Positions 25,400-39,150 of a stretch of DNA of 64,000 bases are shown here, in pieces (positions within the stretch are counted from its first letter, which is position 1; the number at the start of each line of letters is the position of its first letter). The stretch comes from Callorhinchus milii. Its lineage: Eukaryota. A program made the translations under genes and the position numbers. The stretch is taken from positions 58,654,001-58,718,000 of the forward strand of contig NW_024704743.1 of the NCBI RefSeq assembly GCF_018977255.1, in the 5' to 3' direction. Below the pieces are notes generated by a model. That model saw only the letters and a program-made list of their open reading frames with translations. It did not search any database and was not told the origin of the DNA.

Positions 25400-26115
25400 G
25401 CTTAAACACTGCAAAGACAGTATTCCTATTCACTAAACATCACAAATAGCTGTCCGTACATTAAAGACTGCAACAATTCTCTATACATTAAATAAACACT
25501 GCAAATACTCTCTATACTTTAAATACTGCAAATATTTTTTGAACATTAATACACAAATACTCTCTCTATGTTAACACTACAAATATTCTCTATACATAAT
25601 AGATTGCAAATACTCTTTATACATTAAACATGTACAAACACTATCTGTATATTAAACACTGTGAACACTGTCTATACATTAAATGTTCCAAAATACTACT
25701 GCATTTATATAGTGCTGTTCATGAGGAGGAGCATCTTGGAATGCTTATCAGTGGTGGAGCTTGACGTCGAGCTGACTGTAAGCGCATGTCGAAGAGGAAG
25801 GTCTTCAATCGTGCTCTAAAGAAGGGAAGGAGGGGTTAAGGCAGAGGGATTGGGGGAGAGAGTTCCAAAGATTCGGGGCATAGTGGCTGAAAGCACGGCC
25901 GCCGTTGGTGGAGTGGAGGGGACGAGGGTCAAGCAGGTGGTCAGAGCCAGCCGAGCAGAGACAGCGGGTAGTGCAGTCGGAGAAAGCAGGTCAGAAAGGT
26001 AGAGAAGTGCCAGAGTGTGAAGAGATTTGTAGACGAGTGAGAGGATCTTGAAATATTCACTATACATTAAATGCTGCACATCCTCTCTATACATTAACAC
26101 CACAATTACTCTCCA
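25400..26115. repeat. Degenerate ~27-bp minisatellite, interrupted by an L2 3' fragment (25697-26052, minus)
   Basis: Unit approximately tacattaaacactgcaaatactctcta, about 10 copies before and 2 after the L2. Confidence 0.8.
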
Positions 26116-26559
26116 TTAATTAGTTCTTTCTGATTTAGTAATCAATAGACCTCATTTAGTAATAAGTTATATTTGTGGTTTGGATGCAAACCACAAGGTC
26201 CAAGTTGTTGTATATTATATTTAATTCACATCTGCACCCTGGAAAGCTAGAATGTTAATCTATTGGCCAGAAATTACAGAAACCAAAGAGTTAAAAAATT
26301 AAAATGTTGAAAGAGTTAATACAACATAAATTAATGTTTGCTTATAGGGGGATGGGGATTGAATCAATTTAGTAGCTTTCAAATATTCCAGGAAAGGTAT
26401 AAACCTTCCCTTGAAAATCCAGCAAGTGGGAAGGCAGCACAGCCTGGTGTTGAGGGACCCTCAGACTGTCCAGTTAGCGAGATTAATGAGCTCCATCGAC
26501 TAGCAGTGACGCAATAACAGCAGCTACCCAACACTGGAGCACAGTCATTCAACCAGTAA

Positions 26560-27597
26560 CGTTCAAAAACTCACATAGGTTGTATCAAGGACCATAACAT
26601 TTAATATGATTTATGCAAAGTATGAGTTACGGCAGATTTGCATAAGTCGTATCATATATGACTCATGTAAAGTTATGTTTAAATCGGATTTTATATAAAT
26701 AACACATAACAAATATACAAGTATTGAATTGGCTGGTGACATTAAGGCAAGGTTTCTGTATCATTCTTAACCCATGCATATTAAAGCTAGGGTAGTCAAT
26801 TCTTTCCCTATACCGCTCAGTACTGTACTTCATGTGCAGAAAACATGTACTGTACAATTAATGGCACAACCAATAGGTTTCAAAACTGAACTGTTTTAAT
26901 AGAATATAACATAAATTTGCATTAGTTCAGGTTCCTGCAAAATTGGAGAATCTGGTACTTCTCCACTTTGTCACTAATTTGTGTTTAGTTGGGCTATCTG
27001 CATTGCTTGATGCCATGATGTCTGGTCAAAACCTTGCTTCTATACTTGTTTAGTTTTGTACTGCACATGAGGTCTTCAGCATTGCAGCCAGTAAGTGCAT
27101 ATGAGGTGACAGAATGGGACTTAGTTCCATTGATTGTTTCACATGGAGCACTGCGTACATTACCTCAAGGCCAGTGAGTGCACATATTGCACATATGGTG
27201 ATGGATCCCCTTCACTCTCTACATGACTGGCATTCACCCCCCCACCCCCCCCCCCCCCCCCCCCACTTACTAGGTGACACTCTTTCCTCTCTCTCAGCCG
27301 CCCCCCACCCTGGCTGCTGTGCGTGATAACTTTGATGTTATGTCCTGGGAGGGAGGCCACAGAGAATGTTGGAGTGCACATGTGGTATTCCATTTGAGGC
27401 GGGTAGAGTTTTGAGCCAGTAGCCAGCAAGTGCAATAGCGCAAGTGCGGTGCTGACATTATGAGTTACGTGGTGGTTAATACAACTAGTGCGTGTAAACT
27501 TAAGTGGATTTAATAGGAAATTGAATGGGACTCGGGTGCCTGCACAACTTAGGCAATTATACAATTTATATAGATAAGACATATGCGGGTTTTACTG
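26560..27597. mobile_element. Tigger/pogo-like non-autonomous DNA transposon remnant
   Basis: Right end gcgggttttactg|ta (reverse complement CAGTAAAACCCGC); degenerate left counterpart aaaactcacataggttgtatc at 26566-26586. Confidence 0.45.
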
Positions 27598-28760
27598 TAC
27601 CTCACAAAAGACTTGTGGCTAATGTCAGATCATATGGTATCAAGGTGAAGATAGCCAAATAGATAAAGAAGTAGCTGCAGGGGAGAAAACAAAGAGTAGG
27701 GTTTAAGGACAATTAATCAAATTGGAAAGCTGTGGTGAGTGATATTCCTTAGAGGTCTGTTCTGGGACCATTACTTTTCACCCTGTGTATAAATGTTTTG
27801 GATGTAGGAACAGAGAAAGAAATCTCAAAGTTTGCAGATGATACAAAAGTCGGGGGAACAGTAAATACTGAGAAAGATCAAAATAATATACAGGTAGATA
27901 GTAATAAGATGGCTGAATGGGAAGACAATTGGCAGATGGAGTTCAAAGAAAAACAAAGTATGAGATAGTTCATTTCAGGAGGAAAAACATAAAAGCTATA
28001 ACTTAAAAGAGGCAAATCTTAACAAGGTAGAAGAACAAAGGGATCTGGGAGTACAGACTCACAGGTCACTGGAGGCGGTGACTCAGGAGAATAAGACCAT
28101 TAAGTAGCCAATGGAACCTTGGAATTTAAAGCATAGAGGATAATGATAAAGGGGTCATGTTGAATCTGTATAAATTGATGGTCAGGTCAGTTGCAATACA
28201 CTGTGCAGCTTTGAGCTCCTCATTATAGGAAAGATGTTAAAGTGCTGAAGGTGGTACAGAGAGGATTCACCAGTGTGTTGTCTGGATTAAGAAAAAGCTG
28301 CTATAGAGAAAGGCCTGATAAACTAGAGCTTTTTTCCTTTGGAGCTCAGAAGGCTGAGAGGGGATATGATACAGCTATATAGGATGTTGGGAGGCTTAGA
28401 TAGGGTGGATAGAGAAAGATTATTTCTGGGAGTTAGTGGATCTAGAACTAGAGGACATGGTTTTAGAATCATAACTATGAGATCCAGAATGGAGATTAGG
28501 AAAATCATTTTCACACAGAGAATGGTGGGAGTGTGGAATTCTCTACCACAGTCAGCTGTTGGGGTGCAACCATGTGCACTTTTTAAACAAAGACTGACAC
28601 ATAGTTAAGAGAGAGTAAAGTTGAGGTATATTGGGGGAAAGATGGCATATAAGGGAACTAGGGAGAGGATCTAAAATAGGCACTTGTGTGAAGTATAAAT
28701 ACCAGCTGGACTGGAATTGGCGGAAGTCTCTATTTCTGAGCTGTACCTTCTATAATTTTG
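27598..28760 (+). mobile_element. Decayed CR1 RT C-terminus plus 3' end
   Basis: VPHKRL, GSVLGPLLF, SKFADDTK, RRLRGDMI, RTRGHGFRI and FTQRMVGVWNSLP. Confidence 0.88.
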
Positions 28761-28959
28761 TCCACAACTATACAGTCAATTCACTTTACAGTATATTCTG
28801 TAAAGCACTTTGAGATGTCCAGAAAATGTGAAAAAGTGCTATATCAAATCCAAGGATTATTATTATTATGATTTATTCAAAAATTACAAATTACACAAAT
28901 AGTGATGCCTTCCAGTAACTGAAAGCAAATCCCACAAAATCTCCCCTCCAACACAATGT

Positions 28960-30464
28960 ACAACACAAAACAAAATTACATTTGTATAGTGCTTTTCATG
29001 TCAGCTAGACGTCCCTGGGCTCCAGACAGTCAAGAATTTGACAGTCAGCTTGGGTGGTGGGGAGGTGGGGATGGGGATCGGGGAGGGTGGAGGCAGGAAG
29101 GGTAGGACAGTGGCTGAAGGACCAGTTGAAGAGAAGGGTCTTGAGGCATGCCTTGAAGGAGGCAATGGGGGAGCGAGATGAAGGGAATGTGGGATGGAGT
29201 TCCATAGGGTGGGGGCAGAAAGGCTGAAGGCTCGGCCGCCGATGTTGGGGCGGGCTGAGCAGAGGAAGCAGACAGGTTGATATAGGGTCAGCAGGTCACA
29301 GAAGTAGGGAGGGGGCAAGGTCGTGGAGGGCCTTGAAGGCGAGGACGAGGATTTTGAACTCTATCTTCTGGGGGATGGGAAGCCAGTGGAGCCGGGCGAG
29401 CATGGAGGTGAAGGGGGCACGAAGCCTGGTGTGGGAGAGGACACAAGCTGCAGAGTTCTGGATGACTTGTGGAATCCTGTAGCTCAGTGGTTAGAGCACT
29501 CGCTTTGCAAGCGAGAGACCTGGGTTTGATTCCCGGCAGGGTGAAACCTTGGGCAAGTTTCCTTACTCCACATGCCTGACAATAAACCCTCAAGAAAAAA
29601 AAAACAATAATAAATTGGTCACTTCAATCCACGACTGTATGTGGGACACTGCTGTACGCAATTGGCTGCTGCATTTCGCCCAAAAATATACAGTCAATTC
29701 ACTTTACAGTGTGTTCTGTGAAGCGCTTTGGGACGTCCTCCCGACGTGAAAAGCGCTATATCAAATGCAAGGATTATTATTATTATTATTATTCTGTGAA
29801 GCACTTTGAGACACCTAGAAGACATGAAAAGCGCTATATCAAATGCAAGCATTATTATTATTATATTATTATCTGCAGCTTGAGGAGGGAACAGTTGGGA
29901 AGACCAACAAGCAGGGAATTAGCGTAGTCGTGCCCAGATGTGATTAATGCGTGGGGGTTTCGGCAGCCTGAGGAGTGAGGCAGTGGCGGAGTCTGGTGAT
30001 ATTGCGGAGGTGGGGGAAGGCAGAGTGGGTCATGGCATGGATGTGGAGTAGAAAGGATAGTTGAGGGTCAAACAAGACCCCAAGGTTCCAGGCCTGCTCA
30101 GTGAGGTGGAGTGTGTGTTTTGGATAGTGATGCTGTTAGCACCTGAGGTGTGGAGGAGGGAGAGCATCGGTCTTGTTGATGTTTAACTGTAGAAAGCTAG
30201 TTCTCATCCAGGACAGCAGTGGTCCTGGAGTCGAGGGCGGAGGCAGAGCGGTGGAGTTGGGCGCCATCCTCTTACATGTGGAAGTTGAAACCATGTCTGC
30301 AGATGATGTCACCAAGAGGGAGCATATAGATGTTGAAGAGGAGGGGACCAAGGACAGAGTGCTGAGGAATGCCGCACGAGACGGTGCAGGAGCTAGCGGA
30401 AAAAACGTTTGTGGAGTTCAAATGGAGATGGTGTGAGAGGAAGGATCTGAACCATTCAAGGACA
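28960..30464 (-). mobile_element. L2 copy A, 3' portion (continues at 32021-32250)
   Basis: L2 tail at 28960 and RT C-terminus; interrupted by a SINE at 29469 and by L2 copy B. Confidence 0.85.
29469..29872 (+). mobile_element. Young composite SINE (short variant) with a duplicated tail
   Basis: Head at 29469; first tail ends about 29792; a second, diverged tail runs 29793-29872. Confidence 0.9.
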
Positions 30465-32020
30465 ACAACAACAACAACAAAATTACATTTGTATAGTGCC
30501 TTTCATGTCGGGAGGATGTCCCAAGGCACTGGACAGACAGAGTTACAGTCCCGAGCTGGGGTTCGGGGTGGGGGAAGATGGAGGGCAGGGGGGGAAGCAG
30601 GGAGATCGAAAGCACATTCAAAGAGGAGGGTCTTGAGATGGGTCTTGAAGATGACAAGGGAGGGGGTGAGACGGAGGGACTGTGGGATGGAGTTCCAGAG
30701 TGTGGGTGCATAGTGGCAGAAGGCCCACCCGCCAATAGTGGGGCGAGCAAGGCAGGGGACGTGAAGCAGGCCGGAGCCCACAGAGCAGAGGGAGCGAATA
30801 GGATGGTAGGGGGTTAGGAGGTTGGAGAGGTAGTGGGGAGCAAGGGCTTTGAAGCTGAGGACCAAGATCTTGAACTGTATCCTCTGTGTGATGGGAAGCC
30901 AGTGGAGTTGGGCAAGGATGGGGGTGATAGGGTCACAGAGCTTAGTGCGGGAGAGGACACGGGCTGGAGAGTTCTGGATGTTCTGCAGCCTGTGGAGGGA
31001 GGAGTTGGGGATGCCGACAAGCAATGAGTTTGCATAGTCGAGCCTCGATGTAATGAAAGCATGTATGAGGGTTTTGGCGGCCTGCGGCGTGAGACAATGG
31101 CGGAGCCGGGCCACGTTGCGGAGGTGCGGGAAGGCAGAGCGGGTCATGGCGCAGATGTGGGATAGAAAAAATAGTTGAGGGTCAAACAAGACCCCAAGGT
31201 TCCGGACTGGCTTAGCAAGGTGGAGTGTGCAACCATGGATGGTGGTGCTGTCAGCGCCTGAGGTGAGGAGATGCTGATGGGAACCATCAGGAGAGCCTCG
31301 GTCTTGTTGACTTTCAACTGAAGAAAGTTAGCTCTCATCCAGGATTTGATGTCTGACAGACATTCTGTCAGGACAGCAGTGATCCTGGAGTCAAGGGCGG
31401 AGGCAGAGAGCTAGAGTTGGGTGTCATCCGCATACATGTGGAAGTTGACCCCATGTCTGCAAATGATGTCACCACGAGGGAGCATATAGATATTGAAGAG
31501 GAGGGGACCATGAGGAACACTGCAAGAGAAAGTCCGGGAGATAGAGGAGAAGCAGTTTGAGGAGATGAAGTGCAGACGGTGTGAGAGGTATGATCTGAAC
31601 CAGTCAAGGACAGTGCCATGGAGGTTGAAGTGAGAGGAGAGTCAGTGGATGAGGATAGAGTGGTCAACAGTGTCGAAAGCAGCAGAGAGATCAAGGAGGA
31701 CGAGGATGCAGAGGGAGCCCTGGTCGTAGATGGACAGAATGTCATTTGTCACTTTGACCAGGGCAGTTTCTGTGCTGTGGGTGGCATGGAAACCTGATTG
31801 GAGGGGTTCAAGAAGGGAGTGGAGGGAGAGTAAGGAGCGAAGCTGAGAAGCAAGAACTCGTTCCAGGACTTTGGAGGGGAAATGGAAGTTGGAGATGCGG
31901 TGGTAGTTTGGGAGTAGAGAAGGGTCCAGGGAGGGTTTTTTAAGGATAGGAATGATGACAGCGTTTTTTAAAGGGGTGGGAACAGTACCAGAGGACAGGG
32001 AGAGGTTTACGATGTCAGTG
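30465..32020 (-). mobile_element. L2 copy B nested inside copy A
   Basis: (aac)n tail at 30465; ORFs 30503-31189 and 31642-32148; aggaca at 30459-30464 and 32021-32026. Confidence 0.88.
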
Positions 32021-32904
32021 AGGACAGAACCATGAAGGTTGAGGTGAAAGAAGGGGAGGTGGATGAGAATAGAGTGGTCAACAGTATCGAAGGCAGCAGA
32101 GAGGTCAAGGAGGATGAGGCAGAGGGAGCCAGATGGACAAAATGTCATTGATCACTTTGATCAAACTGTTTCTGTGCTGTGGGCAGCACAGAAACCCGAT
32201 TGGAGGGGTTTGTGAAGGGAGTTGCGGGAGTGGAAGGAGCGAAACTCTCACTTTTGGAATGAAGTGGGTTCCCATGGTAGAAGGCAGATTGATTGAAGTT
32301 GAGTTGTTTAAAATACAATTAACAATGATAATAAGAGAGAAAGAACAGAAAGATAGGATTGAAAAATAAAAATCTAACATGATCCAATAAATTAGCGGAG
32401 CTGCCTTGAAGGGTCAGATGGACTATTCCCATTTCTATATTCCTACATTCCCAAGTTCCTGTAGAAGAAAATAACAATTGAGGAAACAATTTTAAACAGT
32501 CTCCTGCTTTCTATTTCAGCAAATAGGTAGCAGAGGCAATTGTTCCAGCCTTTATGACCTATAGCTTTTATCCCTAGTGTTGGACCTTGGAGGAAATGAG
32601 TGACTGTAATGCTGGGTTCTCGTGTAGGCTCCTCAACGTAAGTGATTCATATTATCTTGTGTGATTATATGTGAAGCAGGTCTGATTACATGTAGTGTCA
32701 TTTCCCTTCAGAGTGTAAAGAGATTTGAATCTTATCTTAAGGGATAATTAGCTTTTCTATCACAATGAGCAGTTTTTATTTTCATCCAGCTGTGTCCACT
32801 GTTTCAATTGAACTCGGTAACAAAATAATTCAGTGTCCATCCTTGAAGATCTGTATTAGAGACCATTGAATACACCTTTTGCCAGGTTTTACGGTTTTCA
32901 TTGA

Positions 32905-33345
32905 TAAAAAGAGACTTTGAGAAGTTAGGACTTTTTTTTCCACTGGAGCTGAGAAGGTTAAGAGTGACCTGATTGAGGTCTTCAAGATTATGAAGGGTAA
33001 TGATAAGGCAAATAGTAATAGGTTATTTCCACTGCTTGTAAATCGGCAACCAGAATGAACAAATTTACAATAATAGTAAAACAAATTAAAGAGGAGGTTA
33101 AAAAAAAAACGTTTACACAAACGGTAGTTGGAATGTGGAATCCTCTGTTACAGACTGTTGTTGAAGCAGAGTCTGTAAACTGCTTTACAAATGAATTAGA
33201 TTGATGCTTGAAAAGGAGGAATATTAAAGGACATGGGGAGCAAGCAGAAGAGTGGGACTATATTAGATAACTCATGTGGAAAAAAATAGCAGAGAAGACA
33301 TAACAGATCAATGGCCTGTTCCTGTCACAACATTGTGTGAGTCTC
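32905..33345 (+). mobile_element. CR1 3' fragment
   Basis: RRLR.DLIEVFKIMKG and VVGMWNPL; 3' UTR atggcctgttcctgt. Confidence 0.75.
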
Positions 33346-35657
33346 TGACAAAGAATCTATGACGTTATTGCTAATCTTGGAAGTAGTTTGCATCAAAACA
33401 AAAATAAACAGTATTGGCAAAAAAAATACAACACAATACAAAATTACATTTGTGTAGTTCCTTTCACAAGGACTTCCTCACACTGGGAGGAGCAGAATAT
33501 TTGCTCAGGGTTGCCATAAATAGAAAATAATGTAGGATATTAGTTGTATTGCAGAATCCTCAGGTTCTTCAGATGGCAATAAAATCTTAGAGAACGTAAA
33601 TTTTCTTTAAAAGAGCCATAGAATATCTCAATGAAATGTCTTTTTTGTTGAATTGTTATCCAGCTCCGGTTATTTACCTTATTCAACAACTAATCTTTGT
33701 AGTTCTCAACACTGATGTAAACACTTATTTGCTTGTCAGTATTATATTTGACAAATAAACGTGGCATTTTGCTTCATTCATACTTCCATGATTTTACAAA
33801 ATGAATGCTTAAAATCTCAACAATGCAAAGTACAACTGAGAATCTTTTAATGCAGCTGAGATTGACTATTACTGTTCTAAGATCAGAGCCTGGCACTTAA
33901 CAGTTCTATTACTTTTCATGAAGCTGAAGGGAAAAATGAATAGAAACTGTCATAAGAATAATATCTAAAACCACTTTCCTTTTATCCAGCTCAGAATGAA
34001 AGGGTTTCCCTGCCACTGCATTGTCTTTGCCTCCAGTGACTTCACAGATCTCTAAGTATTAAAATGGGAGAGTTGTCACACTGTCCTAAACTTGATGCCA
34101 TGGCACAATCTAATTTCCTAGAAGCAACTTTTCTGTCAAAGCTGTACATCAGTTTCATTCCCATCCATTAAAACTGACAGCTCTAAATGAAAGGCTTTAA
34201 TTCATGCTAAAGGAAGCCCCACAATAATACAATAGTGCAAAAGGTCACATCCTGTTTCTGATAGGAGAAAAAATGTTGTGCTGTATACACCGTTACTGTA
34301 TCATTCCTCAATTTCTTAACTGTTGTTCCATTTGCCCTGCACTGTGAATAAAATAACAGAATGTGCAAAGGGGACTCTGGATAATAGAGAGCAACTTCAA
34401 AATTACACAGCACAAAGCAACAGGACAAAATAATTATAATAATAAATGCAATCATAAATGTCTCTATTGCTTTAATGTGGTGGTCTGCAGCTGTCTGTAC
34501 TGAGCAGTTTAAAATTTAAGATGGATTTCCCATAGAATTATAATGGATTCAAAATCAACTACCTTAATGTTTTCTCTTTGAAGTGTATTAACTAAGAAAT
34601 TGTCCTTTGTGTGTGCTCACTGTTACATTGCATTTTAATAGTCATCATCTTAAAATAAGTGGGTCGAGTTATGTGAACCCAGGGGCCTTTCAGGTTTAAA
34701 AAAGGTGCACGTCATTCAACAATAGCACTCAACAGTTATTGAGTAGAAAATAATACGTCAATCCAACAGGGTTATTTTTTATTTACAGTTTCTGGTAATA
34801 TAGCATGGTTAAAAAAAGAGATGTGTCGCTCATCACCTCTATTCAGACTCCAATTAATATTCTTGTGCTATTGTACTACACTGACTTAATTATAATTTCT
34901 CATTTTAAATTATGCTGAGATGGGAGACTGTCACATAGTGATTATCTTGTGATAGAAAGAAGCAATCAGAGGTAACAGGAATTCTGTCATGTTATTTAGT
35001 GACTATCTGTTGACCTTACAATTCATTTACACCTCATTGGGACCAAATAATCTTCAGGAGGAAATGATGTAGAACCATGAATACTTAGGTTAAGATCTTG
35101 TTTGATGTGGCGTTAAAAAAGGTAACATGTTATAAAATATTACGTGAATTATTAGCAAAATATAATTTCTGACAATATCTGAAAATTTATAAAATAAACA
35201 AGCTCAACTGGTGAGGTCTCTATGGATCCAATTTAATTTATTTCTGTCTTTCTCACAATAATTCCACTTGACTGCAACATCCTGCCCTTACTATCTTGTA
35301 CATGTGAATTCAATCTGATCCCTATGCTGTTGTCTGGTGTTAAAAACAAACTGTTTTTTAAATAATCAGAGCATGAACACAAACACACCTACATTAATTC
35401 TATCACTCTTACTAATTTATGGTGGTTTGCCACTTCCCAAATTAATGGCAATATAGTGGTTCCTTTCCAAATTTATAAACCAGTTCTGCTAAACCACAGA
35501 AAGGCTCATTTCTGCATTTATTTCACTGTGGGAGGAACAAGATTAGTCTTCACCCATTGCATAACCTTGTGACCATTCTATATGATCAATATTTCTTGTA
35601 ACTTATGCAAACCAACTAAATTGCACTACAAATCTTTTCAACTTTCATATTGATAAA

Positions 35658-36033
35658 GTGGAGTCCTGTAGCTCAGTGTTAGAGCACTCACTTTGCAAGC
35701 GGGAGACCTGGGTTTAATTCCTGGCAGGTCGAAATTTGGGGCAAGTTTCCTTACTCCACAGCCTCTGTTTACCTAGCAATAAGTAGGCACCCAGTTGTTA
35801 GTCGATTGCCGGATTGCTCTTCTGGGAGTAATAATTCCTTCCAAAAAAATAATAATAATAATAAATCGGTTACTTGAATCCACGACTGTTTGTGGGACGT
35901 TTTGTGAAATAGGCTGCCGCGTTTCGCCCACAAAATATATAGTCAATTCACTTTACAGTGTATTCTGTGAAGCGCTTTGAGACGTCTCGAATACGTGATA
36001 AGTCGTGATATCAAATGCAAGGATTATTATTAT
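35658..36033 (+). mobile_element. Young composite tRNA SINE, long variant
   Basis: Full head, body and (att)n tail. Confidence 0.9.
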
Positions 36034-38329
36034 CACAAACCCTATTCTCAATGTAATTTGATGGTTTCTGATAAAAACTCAGAGACATAAAAATCTGCAG
36101 TGCAGAAGGAGGCCATTTAGCCCATCGAATCTGCACTGGCTCACAAAGCAAGGAGACTTCTTTAATCCCACATTATCCCCATACTCAGCCACGACACCCC
36201 GAAACTATGGAACTCCTTTCCTCAATCCTTCCACCTGGCCCCCTCCTGGTCTGTCTTCAGATCACATCTGAAGACCTTCCTCTTCAACAGTTCCTATGGT
36301 GATCTTCCCCCTCGCCATGGCTCAGCGATAAGCTCCAGCACAGTGCTCCAAGACGCTACCTCGCATGAAGGGCACTGTATAGATGCATGTTGTTGTTGTT
36401 GTAGCCCTTCAACCGCTCTATTGATGGATGTAGGGATACGGTTGAGATCAAGGCAGTATTTCAATATGAAATATAAGTCTATTGGGAACTAGATTACAAT
36501 ATTTATAAACTAGGTTTGTTGCATTAATTACAACTTTCAGTTTATGTCTGGAAATGGCCAGCTGTTTTGCTCACTATTTATTTGGATTTTGCTAACTTTG
36601 GAGTTGTTATTCACCAGCTGCAAATGTCAATGCAAATTTAGCAACCTAGAAATTGTGTTGAACACAACAAAGCCAGTTTGTGAACATTGCAGATGAGTCT
36701 TTTATTGCCCATTTATCAGGAAGATGTGCAATTAATCCTTAAAATGCTGGTAGGTCTAGCATGGTACTTTTTTCCCTAGGTCAGATATTTATGTAACACT
36801 TTCAGTTCGCACACTCAAATACAGAAACAAATTATGAATTAACATTAATAAAACTGATTAGTTTGCAGAGTAATTTTTTCTCTAATATTAAAAAGGGGAA
36901 ACACAAAACACAATCACAAAAAACAAAATTTACCTCTGTTCGTAATGTCTTCTCTTCAATTTTCATCATTATATTTCTCTAGTTTTCAAAATATTAAATT
37001 CTAGTTTCTGTGCCTGCTGGGTTCCAATATGTATTTCTAGATGGAACATACATTGGAATAATTGACTGCAAATTGACTGAAAACTAAAGGGTGTTCTTTC
37101 AGTCAATCCAATGTTAGAAATCATAAGGTGAACGTGGTTGTGTGATGTTTCTTATCAGGTCAATTTTTGATATGTATCATATGTCAAAGATTCCCGTAGG
37201 TGAATCATCTCACCTGTTATACCAACAACCAAATCAGAGCAGTGATTGTGCAGTAAGGGTTAATTCTATAAACTAGAAAAACAGCTTAACTGAAAATTTG
37301 TACTTCCAAAGTTAGGTTTAATTTATTAAATCTCAATTTACTTTAAACATGCCATTGATGGAATAACAATTATATTCCAAGTTTAATTTGTATTGTTTAA
37401 TTATAAAGCATGTCTATTTTCTAATTAACATTTTATATGTTTAGTACAAATCATTTATCTATTATCTATAATGGAATAACAATTATATTTTCTAAATCTC
37501 ATAAAAATAAGACGTGTATGCTTTAGTTAGTTTCTAATTGGTATAACGTGTACAAATAAGATCTATTCAAAAAAGCTAAAAAATATTCTCTTGATTTTAC
37601 CATTACAAATAAACTAAAATGTATTTTGCTTTAGAATATCTCAACTATTTTTTTTTGTATGTGTTTAAGACCCAACTCTTGATTCCTACCAACCAATTCT
37701 AACTTGAATTGTGTTTTTGCTGCATAATTGGCAGGTGGTTTTGCTACAGAATTGGAGAAACTATCCTCGCACCAAGGGAATGTTGCAGTGTACCCCAGGG
37801 AGACTGAAAAGTATGTGAAAGATAATTTAAAAAACAGTGAAAATAGGTGATTATTGCAAAAAATCTTTCTCTCAAAGCTTTTATGGAATTACAATTGTGG
37901 TCAATATTTTTAAAACTGGATTTGTAGCAACCATTTTCTGACTTGAAAATCAGCCCTGACTCATTTTAATTACCTTCATTATATGCTATTTATATGTAAA
38001 GGTCATTGGATTTTTATAATTTATTCACTTTTAGAGCCCATGAAGGATATTTGAGGATAACATCAAGAATCTAAAGGATTAATTCTGTGGTACTTCTTAA
38101 TGGATTTCTTAATGAAGAAATCTAAATTGAGCCTCCTTCCGGTAACTGGAAATAATCCCAAACATTATTCCAATTCAATAGGAACTGCTCTGATAATAGA
38201 TTGTATTAGAGCATAAATCCAACGGGTTGGTGTCAAAATTAATAATAATAATCCTTGCATTTGATATAGCGCCTTATCACATCATTGAGACGTCTCAAAT
38301 CACTTCACACAATATATTGTCAAGGTGAA

Positions 38330-39150
38330 TGTCTGATGGAAGCCATACTCTTTGGCTCCCATCAACATCTTCTTTCCTGCGGGTCTGAACTCCTCAGCTT
38401 CCCCCAAACTCTACCTCAGACTCACCGAATCCATGCGCAACTTAAGCGTCAGGTTCAATCCCCAGCTTTCCTTTCTACCCCACATCCTTTCCCTGAGCAG
38501 GACTGCTGTTCTACAACTCCACCACATTGCCCACCTCTGTCCGTACCTCAAACCCACAGCAGCCGAAACTTTCGTCGAGTCTTTTGTCATTTCCCGGCTG
38601 GACTATTCCAATGTCCTCTTCGCTGGCCTCCCCGGTTCCACTATACATAAAATATAATGAGTTCAGAGCTCCACTGCCCGGATACTAACATGCACAAAAC
38701 TCTGTACCCCCATCACACCAGTCCTTGCCATACTCCACTGGCTCCAAATTACCGAACAGATCGACTTCAATATCCTCTCACTCATTTTCAAATCTCTTCA
38801 TGTCATCGCACTTCCCTACCTATCCGATTTGCTTACCCTCCCCACCCCCACTCCACCACCCACTGCTTCCGCTCGGCCAGCTCCAGTCTCCTGTTTGTCA
38901 CTCACCCCTTCCACTCCATCATTGGTGGCTGTGCTTTTGACCACTACATCCGAGGCTCTGGAACTCTCTCCCTCAATCCCTCTGCCTTGCCAACTTTCAA
39001 AGCCCACCTGAAGACCTTCCTTTTAATTGTGTGTATGGTCACACCCCACCTCCCCTACCCTAGCTCAGGGTCAGAGTCCGCCACTATCAAGCGCTGCAAG
39101 ACGCTGCCCTGGGTGAAGGGCACTTTATAAATGCAAGATGTTGTTGTTGA
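38330..39150 (+). mobile_element. L2 3' fragment
   Basis: SRLDYSNVLFAGLP, LHWL and FKAHLKTFL; tail ataaatgcaaga(tgt)n. Confidence 0.85.

Noticed and set aside
25400..25700. Repeat-spacer (CRISPR-like) appearance
   Set aside because: Units are contiguous and degenerate with no unique spacers; eukaryotic minisatellite
37735..37810. Plus-strand AG..GTATGT exon candidate
   Set aside because: Lies in what looks like a degenerate inverted-repeat (MITE-like) remnant at about 37690-37960
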